A DNA stretch of 24,000 bases. Source: Methanobacteriota archaeon. Its GTDB lineage: Archaea; Halobacteriota; Methanomicrobia; Methanomicrobiales; Methanoculleaceae. Below the pieces are notes generated by a model. That model did not search any database, was not told where the DNA came from, and saw only the letters and a program-made list of their open reading frames with translations. The stretch lies in the NCBI GenBank assembly GCA_023393455.1, contig JAEWLJ010000017.1:96693-120692 (forward strand), read 5' to 3'. A program made the position numbers and the translations under genes. Within the stretch, counting starts at the first letter, position 1. Each line of letters opens with the position of its first letter. Positions 8,631 to 16,344 of this stretch are shown here, one piece after another.

Positions 8631-9056
8631 ATGAAGAGTATCATTGAGACAGCCCGGGAAGATGACCGGTTGAGCACCTCCGTTGCGATGCTGCAGGCCG
8701 GAGGGAAGGTGGAGATGCTCCAGGGAGGGGAGTATACCGCGTTGTTCCCAACGAACGAGGCATATTCCAATTTCTCCCGGGAGGCGATTGAGAGCATCAC
8801 GGCCGATCGGGAGCGGCTTTCCGGTATGATCCTGTACCATGTGATCCAGGGCAAGCTCACCACGCACGAACTCGCGCAGATGGAGGCGATCAGGACACTG
8901 CAGGGCGACCACCTGGACCTTACGGGGCCTCCTCGTGCGCTACGGGTGAACGATGCCACCGTCATCCAGCCCGACGTCGAGTGCACGAACGGCATCTATC
9001 ATGTCATCGACAGGGTGCTCCTGCCGCAGGTGGTCGAGGCGCGGGTGAAGCGATAG
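8631..9056 (+). CDS. Fasciclin (FAS1) single-domain protein, no signal peptide (paralog 2)
   Basis: 141 aa, MKSIIETAREDDRL... FAS1 motifs are present: ALFPTNEAYS, YHVIQGK, CTNGIYHVIDRVLLP. Confidence 0.88.
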   Translation: MKSIIETAREDDRLSTSVAMLQAGGKVEMLQGGEYTALFPTNEAYSNFSREAIESITADRERLSGMILYHVIQGKLTTHELAQMEAIRTLQGDHLDLTGPPRALRVNDATVIQPDVECTNGIYHVIDRVLLPQVVEARVKR

Positions 9057-9124
9057 GTTCCCGGCCGGAGAGCGTCCGGCGGCGTGGATCGGCCGGCTCA
9101 TCGGGCCGTGCGGGCCTGCCCGTA

Positions 9125-9136
9125 GTTATATATATC
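9125..9136 (+). promoter_or_regulatory. TATA box for FAS1 gene 3
   Basis: GTTATATATATC lies about 40 nt upstream of ATG 9170. GGGAG sits at 9156-9160. Confidence 0.5.
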
Positions 9137-9169
9137 GTGCCCCCGCAACTCCCGCGGGAGTTAGTTCGC

Positions 9170-9604
9170 ATGAAGAGTATCCTCGCGACCCTGCGTGACT
9201 CGGGATCGTTTGACGTCTTTCTTGACCTTGTACGGGCGGCCGGCATGGAGAAGCGGTTCGAGATCGACGGGCCTTATACGCTCTTCGTCCCGGACGACGA
9301 TGTCTTCCGGGAGGTTCCCCGGCCCAGACTCGAGGCCATCCTCCGGGACGCCGACCGGCTCGGCGATACCCTGAACTACCATACCGTCCCCGGCGTGCAC
9401 TCCATGATCGATCTCCTCGGCATAGGGACGCTCCGGTCGCTCCAGGGCGATGACCTGACCGTGGAGGTTGCGCCGGGGGGGGTGCTGGTCAACGGTGCGG
9501 CGGTCGTGGAGTCCGATGCTTGGTGCACCAACGGGATCTGCCACGCGGTCTCCACGCTGCTCCTGCCGCCGCCCGTTGCAAGAACGGCCGCCGTACGCGG
9601 GTAG
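9170..9604 (+). CDS. Fasciclin (FAS1) single-domain protein, no signal peptide (paralog 3)
   Basis: The start is trimmed to ATG 9170 (MKSILATLRDSGSF...). Motifs present: LFVPDDDVF, YHTVPG, WCTNGICHAVSTLLLP. The upstream part of ORF 8981..9604 is Arg/Gly-rich and spans the TATA box. Confidence 0.85.
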   Translation: MKSILATLRDSGSFDVFLDLVRAAGMEKRFEIDGPYTLFVPDDDVFREVPRPRLEAILRDADRLGDTLNYHTVPGVHSMIDLLGIGTLRSLQGDDLTVEVAPGGVLVNGAAVVESDAWCTNGICHAVSTLLLPPPVARTAAVRG

Positions 9605-9610
9605 CCGGAA

Positions 9611-9623
9611 CGTATAAATAATC
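9611..9623 (+). promoter_or_regulatory. TATA box for FAS1 gene 4
   Basis: CGTATAAATAATC lies about 38 nt upstream of ATG 9656. GGAG sits at 9644-9647. Confidence 0.5.
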
Positions 9624-9655
9624 AGGTACGGTTAGGTGCGCGTGGAGAGAGCAAC

Positions 9656-10081
9656 ATGAAGAACATCATCGAAACCCTGGAGGACTCCGAGAACCTCGCC
9701 GTTTTTCTCGATCTGGTCAGGATAGCGGGGATGGAACCGATGCTCCGTGAGAGGGGGCCGTTCACGGTCTTCGTCCCGACGGACGAGGCGTTCTCGCGGG
9801 TCCAGAAGGAGCGGATGGATGAGATACGGCAGGATGCGGATAAACTCCTCCTCATCGTGAGTTACCACGTCGTGCCGGGGCGGTTGGCCTCGGAGGATCT
9901 CCGGAGCATCGCCGCCGTCCGGTCGAGCCTCGGGACGGATCTCGTCATACGGTCCTCCGACCGGGGAATCACCGTCAACAGTGTCCCACTCGTCGATACC
10001 GACGCGTTCTGCACCAACGGGATCTGCCACGCGATAGCGTCGGCGCTCGTCCCGCCGACACTGGAGATCGTCACCCCCTGA
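9656..10081 (+). CDS. Fasciclin (FAS1) single-domain protein, no signal peptide (paralog 4)
   Basis: 141 aa, MKNIIETLEDSENL... Motifs present: VFVPTDEAFS, YHVVPG, FCTNGICHAIASALVP. Confidence 0.88.
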   Translation: MKNIIETLEDSENLAVFLDLVRIAGMEPMLRERGPFTVFVPTDEAFSRVQKERMDEIRQDADKLLLIVSYHVVPGRLASEDLRSIAAVRSSLGTDLVIRSSDRGITVNSVPLVDTDAFCTNGICHAIASALVPPTLEIVTP

Positions 10082-10086
10082 TCGGG

Positions 10087-10991
10087 CTACCGCTCTCGCG
10101 GCAGGCGGAACCGCCCGTCCCGCCGGGCGATCCCGACGGCGGCAAGGGCACTCTTCTCCTTATCCTTGATCTCGAGCATGATGTCCATATCCGCCGGTGC
10201 GGTCGCGGCGAGGAACCGCTCGAAGTCGGCAGCATCAAGGCTCTCCGCGTGCCGGCCCTTTCGCCCGCCGGGCATCGGGGTGCTGTAATCGACCATCGGG
10301 ATGCCGTCGCGGGGTCGCCAGGTCGCGCCGGAGAGTTCGACCGCTTCGGCTACCGTTACGCCGGAGGGATTGACCTGGTGGTGGAAGGCGTCGAAGAGCA
10401 CCGGGATGCCGGTCTCCTCGTGGATGCGGAGGCAGTCGGCCAGGGTGTACCGCGAGTCATCGTTCTCGACGACCAGCCGACGGATGACGCACTCGTCGAG
10501 CCCTGAATAGACGTTCGTGAACCGCATCATGACGGATTCGGGGTCGCCGTAGACCCCGCCGATGTGGATCTGGATCTTCGCGGTCCCATCGAGGTGCATG
10601 GCGTCGAGAAGGGCGGCGTGGTAGCGGAGTTCCGCGACGCTCCGCTCAACGATACCGGGGTCTTTCGCGTTGATGACGACGAACTGGTCGGGGTGCATGG
10701 AGATCCGCATATCGTGCTCGCGAACGAACCGGCCGATCTCGCGAAACCTCTCCGCGAAGGCCCCCTGCCAGTCGGCGGTGCAGACCGGGTGCGATGCGAA
10801 CGGCACGAGGCCGGAGCCGATCCGGAAGAAGAGGAGCACTCTTTGAGATTGAAGTGGAGGATCTCCCCAAGGCACCTGAGATTCTCCCGGACGGTCTCCT
10901 CCAGCCGTTCGCCGGAGTAGGAGGAGAGCCGGAACGTGCGGCCCGAAGAGCAGCCGATGCTCCGGTTGATGCACGGGTAGCCGATCTTCAT
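10087..10991 (-). pseudogene. uvdE: UV damage endonuclease UvdE, split by a 1-nt frameshift near 10839 (or a sequencing error)
   Basis: The N-terminal UvdE homology ([14 protein letters not shown]...FRLSSYS...[15 protein letters not shown]) is in the frame starting at 10991. The rest ([18 protein letters not shown]...IQIHIGG...VVENDD...LFDAFHH...MLEIKDKE) is in the frame ending at 10087. The two frames share a single G at 10839. Confidence 0.75.
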
Positions 10992-11025
10992 GGCTCTCCC
11001 GGGTGATCCCGGACAGGCATCAACC

Positions 11026-11910
11026 TTACCTACAGGTATATGTGCCCTCGCTCTCGGCGACGAACCCCTCGCGGGCGAGGTCGCCGAGGATCCGCTTCAC
11101 CCGCCCCGGCTCTTCGCAGAGCCGGAGGATCATCTCCTTCTCCGTGACCGTCCCTTCATCGAGGACGAGCGCGAGGATTCGCCCCCTGATCTGGCGGTCG
11201 GAACCCTCGAACCGGCTCTGCCGGGAGTAGGACGCGCTCCTCCGGTTCGGGTTCGCCGTCCGCTTCTTCAAGACCGTACCGTAGTCCATCATCGCGCTGT
11301 ACCACTCCCGCGGGTTCTCGCGGTAGAGGGCCAGTTCGACGAGCGGGAGGATCTCGTCGTCCCGGACGCCTTCCCGGTCCTGGAAGAAGAAGTGGATGAA
11401 GATCCGCCGGATGTTCGTCTCGATGTAGACGACCGGCATGTTGAACGCATACGCAACAATCGCCGCCGCGGTCGCCTTCCCGATCCCGGGGAAGGTCGCG
11501 AGCGTCTCGACGTCGGCGGGGAGCCTGCCGCCGTACTCCTCCGTCACGCGCCGCGCGGTCTCCTGGAGCGCGATTGCCCGGCGATTGTAGCCCATCCCCT
11601 GCCAGGCGAGGAGCACCTCACTTCTGGGGGCACGGGCAAGGCTCCCGAAGCCCGGGAACTGCTCGATGAACTCCTGGTACTTCACGGCGACCCGCTCGAC
11701 CTGCGTCTGCTGGAGCATGATCTCGGAGACCAGGATCCGGTAGGGATCGGTGGTGTGCCGCCAGGGGAGGTCGCGGCCGTGGACCCGGAAGTAGGAGAGG
11801 ATGAGGTCGCGGAAGAGAGCGATGGTCTCTGGCGTGGGCCCGTGCGCCCGGGTCTCTTCGAGGATCCGCTGTTCGAGGTCGTTCTGGTCGGGGTCGAGGC
11901 TACCGATCAC
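11026..11910 (-). CDS. HhH-GPD DNA glycosylase, MutY-like catalytic core without Fe-S cluster loop, C-terminal winged-helix
   Basis: MutY-like stretches are visible: [34 protein letters not shown], Hh[13 protein letters not shown]. The start is proposed at GTG 11910, because 11911-12210 of the ORF is AT-rich and not protein-like. The tail ...[21 protein letters not shown]...[12 protein letters not shown] looks like a wHTH. Confidence 0.8.
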   Translation of the reverse strand: MIGSLDPDQNDLEQRILEETRAHGPTPETIALFRDLILSYFRVHGRDLPWRHTTDPYRILVSEIMLQQTQVERVAVKYQEFIEQFPGFGSLARAPRSEVLLAWQGMGYNRRAIALQETARRVTEEYGGRLPADVETLATFPGIGKATAAAIVAYAFNMPVVYIETNIRRIFIHFFFQDREGVRDDEILPLVELALYRENPREWYSAMMDYGTVLKKRTANPNRRSASYSRQSRFEGSDRQIRGRILALVLDEGTVTEKEMILRLCEEPGRVKRILGDLAREGFVAESEGTYTCR

Positions 11911-12259
11911 GGTATATCGTTTGTCTGACAGGGGCAAATAGGTTGGGCCGGGGGGTGGAGGAGTATCCCACGCGTATGAATGTAAATAGGTTCGCTGAAC
12001 CAGAACAAGAATGATGTAGTTACAGCCTTCTCTGGAAAACGGGCTTGAATATTCGCCGTTCTGTTTTCGCATGCCCGTGAACGGCTTTCCAGTTGGTATC
12101 CCCACGGTCCAGTGTATCGGGGCCGCCGGGGTAGATCGCAATTCAGGTAATCTTCTTACAAACTGCAGAGTTTTAATCCCTACAGATGTGATAAGAGGTC
12201 TTTTGGGCACGGAGGCCGCTCCAATAACCCGTTCTCACAGCGCGCCCCGACGAGCCTCT

Positions 12260-15200
12260 TCACTCCATCCGCGCCCGCATCACCGTGAGCCGGACGCCCG
12301 ACTCGCCTTCGATCTCGAATGTCCGCGTATCGCCGTGCACCCGGCAGAACTCCTGCAGGTCGAGCATATGCCGGAACCCCGCCGCCGCCTTCTCGTTCTG
12401 CACCAGTTCAAGCGGCGGCTCTAAGAGCGGCCGGGGCAGGAAGACCACGCACTTCGCCCGGCTCCGGGTCAGGGATACGTTCAGGCGGTTTCTGCTGTAG
12501 ATGAACTCGGCCTCGCGAAGGGCGGTCTCGACGTCGCTCACGCCGTAACTGATGATCGCGCTCTCTGCCTCCTGTCCCTGCATCTTGTCGACGGTGTCCA
12601 CGAACGGCGGATACTTCCAGATCTGCACCCCGGCGAGACCGGTCTTGATGGCGCCGATCTGGGCGTGGTGCGGGCTGACGATGAAGAGCCCGTGCCGCCA
12701 GAACCGGTAATCTCCGTCCTCCGTCGCCGGATACCGTTCTCCCGAACCGGGATCGACGAGCCGCTCCCGGAGCGCTCCGGCGAGCCGGGCGACCAGCGCC
12801 GCCTCGACCGGGTTCTCCACTGTCGTCCGGACGCCCTCGAGGACGCAGAGCACGAGCGGGTATGCCGGATCGATGGCCCACTCCACCCACTCCTCCAGCG
12901 GCGGAGCCGGCGCGAGGGCGATCCGCTGCCCCGAGATCGCGTCGGTTGCGGGAGCGTAGCCGGTGCCGTAGAGCGTCTCCGCCGGGAACCCCGAGAGGGT
13001 GCGGTTCATCCGCCAGTTCTCCTGGAGCTGGCAGGTGTAGACCGGGCGGGCGGGGTCGTCGCGGTGCCGGAGGTAGGCGAAGACGGAGTCCTCGAGCCCG
13101 GGGAGGCCGTCAGCCGGTGCGGGATACGCCCCCTGGACAACCGGCGGAAGCTGGAGGTCGTCCCCCGCGAGGACGAGCCGGCCGGCCGGCCCGAGCATCG
13201 GGAGCACCATCGCGAGCTCCGCCGCCCGCATCTGCGACGCTTCGTCGACGATCAAGATATCGAGGGACGGGAGTGACTTCTCGAGTTTTGCGAACCCGTG
13301 CACCGTCCCGCCGAGGAGGAGGCCAGGGTAGCCGACGACGGTCTCCGCCCGGTCGTGAGCCAGCACCTCGAGGCTCCGCTCCCCGCCGGGCGTCCGGATA
13401 TCCCCCAGTTTGTAGATCGGCAGACCGGCAGCAAGGCCGAACTCGTCGACCGAGGCCTGCACCTTGACGAGCAGGTTCTCGACGGCCGCGTGAGTGAACG
13501 CCGCGACTCCCACACGGATCCGCTCCCCGTGCGCCCGCCGGGCTTTGACGAGCGAGAGGATGGTCGTCGCGAGGAAGTGCGTCTTCCCGGTTCCGGGCGG
13601 CCCCCAGACCAGGGTCAGGCGGTTCTCCGTCACGTGGGAGAACGCCGTATTCTGGCTTCTCGTGAACCCTGCCTCGCGGGCGAACCGCCCGGCGTCGGCG
13701 GCGACCCCTCGGGGCTCACCGGTCGGCGCGGCGAACCCCCGCGGGTCACAGAGGAGACGAATGAAGTCGTTCTCCGGCTGCTCGTCGAGAGCGAGGAGGC
13801 GGTCGACGTAGCGCGGCGCGATGAAGTCCGTGAACCGGGGGTGCAGCACCGCGAGATCGCCCTCGTCAAACGGCGGGTGATCCCGGGAGTAGGCCACCTC
13901 CAGCACGAGCCCCCTGACCTCCCCGGCCGTCCGGTCGACGATGGTGTCGCGGACCCTCGCGAAACAGACCCCGCTGTTCCTGGGGTTCGGGCTGCTCCGG
14001 TAGCGGAGGTCGTCGAACGCCTGCTCCGCCTCCTCGCCCGCCTCGCCTTCCGGCACGAGGAGGTAACTGAACGCCCGTGACTGCTCGAAGAGTGCGAGAT
14101 CCAGGGGGCCGAGCACCTTCCAGAAGTTCCCCTCGCTCTTCATGAGGGGGATGCTAACACCGTCCCGGACCCTTGCCGCCCGCGGCCCGCTCCGCAGTTC
14201 CTGCACCTGCCGGGCACCCATCGTCGACTCGTACTCTGCGATGAAGAGGAGGCGGGATATCTCGGGCGTCGCAGCGTCCCAGGAACCCGGGAACCGGAAC
14301 TTCTCCGCCCACCGCACGAGTTTCTCCTTCGTCCGTTCGCGGAGCCCGTCGAGGACGCTCCCCGCGGCGAGCAGGCGGCGCGAGACCTCCTGCCGGACCC
14401 AGTCGAGAGCCTCCGGCCGGTTCCCGTGCCATGCCATGATGATGGCGTCGCTCTTCATGGCGTTACCGTGCTCGCCCCAGAAGAGGGAGCTCGCATCAAG
14501 CCGGTACGCGAACCGGGAGGAGGGGATCGCCGCGAGGACCTCGGGCAGGCGGAGGGTGAACGGGACGGGAAGCGCGAGCAGCCGCCGGATCTCCCTTGTC
14601 AGGGCGACGATCGGGAAGGAAACGGACGTACTTGGGTGGCTTGACCCAAGAGCGATGCCGGGATCCTGGTAGTAGAACCGCAGCCTGAGAGCGTCCGCGG
14701 CCGTTACGGGGTCGTCGAGCGCCTCTTCGAGCAGGCGAGTGAAGAGTTCCTCCTCGTAGGTGTCGTAGACGTAGGTCTGCACCGACTCCTGTTCAGCCCA
14801 GTCGCGGCCCCGGTTGTAGTCGTCGACGGTCGTGAGTTCCGCGGCGAGAGCCCGGAAGAACTCCCGGCGCACCCGGGCACAGTCGCCGGGGTCTTTTGCG
14901 ACATAGATCGCTTCGTGCGACGGCGTCCCATAGACGGCCTTGCCCCTGCTCCGCCGGAACCCGAGGGCGTATACCCGGCCGGAGACGGGATCCTTCTGGA
15001 GCGTCAGGGTGACGGCGATATCCTCGTAGACGGGGAGTGCAAGCGAGGTCGCGGCGAGCGGAATGACCTCTCCCGTGGTGAGCGCCCGGACGGTCGCCCG
15101 CAGGCGGTCGCCCTGGCCGGCGAGCGACCCGCAGTTGTCGAGGCAGCCATCGCTCTCCGGATCGCGGAGGAGGTCGGCGAGGTCGGAGAGCGCGTTGATC

Positions 15201-16039
15201 GGGAGCCCGCCGTCCCACGGGGCTTCTCGAAGGTAACGTCGCCCGCCGGACGAGAGACCCGGGATCTGCGATACCGAGGAGGAGGCCTCCGCCTCAGCGC
15301 GGCAGTGGGCGTAGAACTCGCAGGACTCGCATCGCGACGTGAGGTGCCAGGGCACGTCCTCCGGAGGGGCGGCAAGGATACCCGGGAGGCGGTGGCGGAG
15401 GAACTCCTCGATCACCCGTCTGTTGAGGGAGAGGTCAAAGGGTTCCGGTTCGTCCTCCCCGTAGAGCCAGATCCCCGCGCGGTTCCGGTCGACCGGGAGA
15501 TCGAGCCCGAGCAGGTCCAGGGCGTGATCGAGGATCAGGACGTACAGCGTCGCCTGGATTCGGTGGCTGACGCTGAGTTCTTCGCTTGCCTTGATATCGA
15601 TGATCCGGAGAGACCCTTCTTTATCGGCCCTGATGAGATCGGGGCGGCAGGGGGAGAACCGGTGCATCCCGGGGTCGAGGCCGTAGTCCTGCAGGAAGTG
15701 GATCGAGGCCGGGATGGTCGTCTGGTAGATCGCCTCGCCCGGGGAGAGGAGAGGGAGGAGGTTGAAACTCTCCTCGATGGAGAACGACCTCTCGGAGATT
15801 GGCCCCGTCCCGTCCGGGATTCGTACCCTGCCCATGAGTTTCGTCCGGATCACCTCCTCCTCCCACCGGATGCCGGCATCGAGGAGGGCTCGCGTCACCG
15901 GGCTCGTATCGATCGCGGCCGCCGGGATACCGGCTCTGGCACGCTCCTGCTCCGGGGTCGCGTGGTAGCGGAGATGGCGTTCGCAGTCGTGGTAGAAGAA
16001 CCGGCCGATGAGCGACGGGCTGAGGTTGAAGCGTGGCAT
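12260..16039 (-). CDS. Cas4/AddB-type Fe-S PD-(D/E)XK nuclease + HhH/RNase-H-like module + Upf1/Dna2-type SF1B helicase fusion (1259 aa)
   Basis: Nuclease: C19, D134 (PDLIR), IIDIKAS (D148/K150), QATLY, and CESCEFYAHC (CX2CX5C, nt 15302-15331). HhH: IPGLSSGGRRYL. Helicase: Walker A GPPGTGKT (nt 13580-13603), ILIVDEASQM, LAGDDLQLPPV, QENWRM, VDTVDKMQGQEAE, RLNVSLTRSRAK. Confidence 0.9.
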   Translation of the reverse strand: MPRFNLSPSLIGRFFYHDCERHLRYHATPEQERARAGIPAAAIDTSPVTRALLDAGIRWEEEVIRTKLMGRVRIPDGTGPISERSFSIEESFNLLPLLSPGEAIYQTTIPASIHFLQDYGLDPGMHRFSPCRPDLIRADKEGSLRIIDIKASEELSVSHRIQATLYVLILDHALDLLGLDLPVDRNRAGIWLYGEDEPEPFDLSLNRRVIEEFLRHRLPGILAAPPEDVPWHLTSRCESCEFYAHCRAEAEASSSVSQIPGLSSGGRRYLREAPWDGGLPINALSDLADLLRDPESDGCLDNCGSLAGQGDRLRATVRALTTGEVIPLAATSLALPVYEDIAVTLTLQKDPVSGRVYALGFRRSRGKAVYGTPSHEAIYVAKDPGDCARVRREFFRALAAELTTVDDYNRGRDWAEQESVQTYVYDTYEEELFTRLLEEALDDPVTAADALRLRFYYQDPGIALGSSHPSTSVSFPIVALTREIRRLLALPVPFTLRLPEVLAAIPSSRFAYRLDASSLFWGEHGNAMKSDAIIMAWHGNRPEALDWVRQEVSRRLLAAGSVLDGLRERTKEKLVRWAEKFRFPGSWDAATPEISRLLFIAEYESTMGARQVQELRSGPRAARVRDGVSIPLMKSEGNFWKVLGPLDLALFEQSRAFSYLLVPEGEAGEEAEQAFDDLRYRSSPNPRNSGVCFARVRDTIVDRTAGEVRGLVLEVAYSRDHPPFDEGDLAVLHPRFTDFIAPRYVDRLLALDEQPENDFIRLLCDPRGFAAPTGEPRGVAADAGRFAREAGFTRSQNTAFSHVTENRLTLVWGPPGTGKTHFLATTILSLVKARRAHGERIRVGVAAFTHAAVENLLVKVQASVDEFGLAAGLPIYKLGDIRTPGGERSLEVLAHDRAETVVGYPGLLLGGTVHGFAKLEKSLPSLDILIVDEASQMRAAELAMVLPMLGPAGRLVLAGDDLQLPPVVQGAYPAPADGLPGLEDSVFAYLRHRDDPARPVYTCQLQENWRMNRTLSGFPAETLYGTGYAPATDAISGQRIALAPAPPLEEWVEWAIDPAYPLVLCVLEGVRTTVENPVEAALVARLAGALRERLVDPGSGERYPATEDGDYRFWRHGLFIVSPHHAQIGAIKTGLAGVQIWKYPPFVDTVDKMQGQEAESAIISYGVSDVETALREAEFIYSRNRLNVSLTRSRAKCVVFLPRPLLEPPLELVQNEKAAAGFRHMLDLQEFCRVHGDTRTFEIEGESGVRLTVMRARME

Positions 16040-16152
16040 GGACGGACCCGGGGGAAGCCCCCGTTATGACTCATCTGTTTGTGCCGCCGCGGGAAAATGG
16101 TTGGTATTCGGGTTTTCTCGTGAGATCGAGGTTGTCCTAAAACCTCTTTTCC

Positions 16153-16173
16153 GGGAGGGGGACACCCCCTCCC
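16153..16173 (-). other. Perfect 9-bp G/C hairpin (possible terminator element)
   Basis: GGGAGGGGG-ACA-CCCCCTCCC. On the minus strand a TTTT follows about 10 nt later. It lies about 170 nt downstream of the HTH-NTase stop, so its role is uncertain. Confidence 0.3.
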
Positions 16174-16344
16174 GATCCCTCCCCCGAGTGGCGATATCCA
16201 ACGGAAAGCCGTTGCATTCATCTGGCTCAGGATGTGGCTCAGATGACAGATTCCTGAGAATTATTGGCTCCGATAAGGGTATGCCGGAGGTTCGGAGAGC
16301 TTTTTGGGATGACCACCCGGATAAACCCTTGCTGCTTCAGGTCT

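Noticed and set aside
12008-12075. A possible C/D-box sRNA (ATGATGT ... CTGG/CTGT) in the helicase-glycosylase spacer.
   Set aside because: The boxes deviate from the UGAUGA/CUGA consensus, and the spacing does not fit the 12-nt guide architecture.
12170-12197. GTTTTAATCCCTACAGATGTGATAAGAG, which resembles the 5' half of archaeal CRISPR repeats (GTTTCAATCC...).
   Set aside because: It is a single copy, with no second repeat or spacer periodicity anywhere in the window and no cas genes. It is worth a genome-wide search but cannot be called CRISPR here.
11911-12210. An upstream extension of the glycosylase ORF to 394 aa (start at 12210).
   Set aside because: The region is AT-rich and intergenic-looking, with an implausible peptide (…CNYIILVLVQRTYLHSYAWDTPPPP…). 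MutY-like homology starts shortly after GTG 11910. The true start still needs experimental confirmation.
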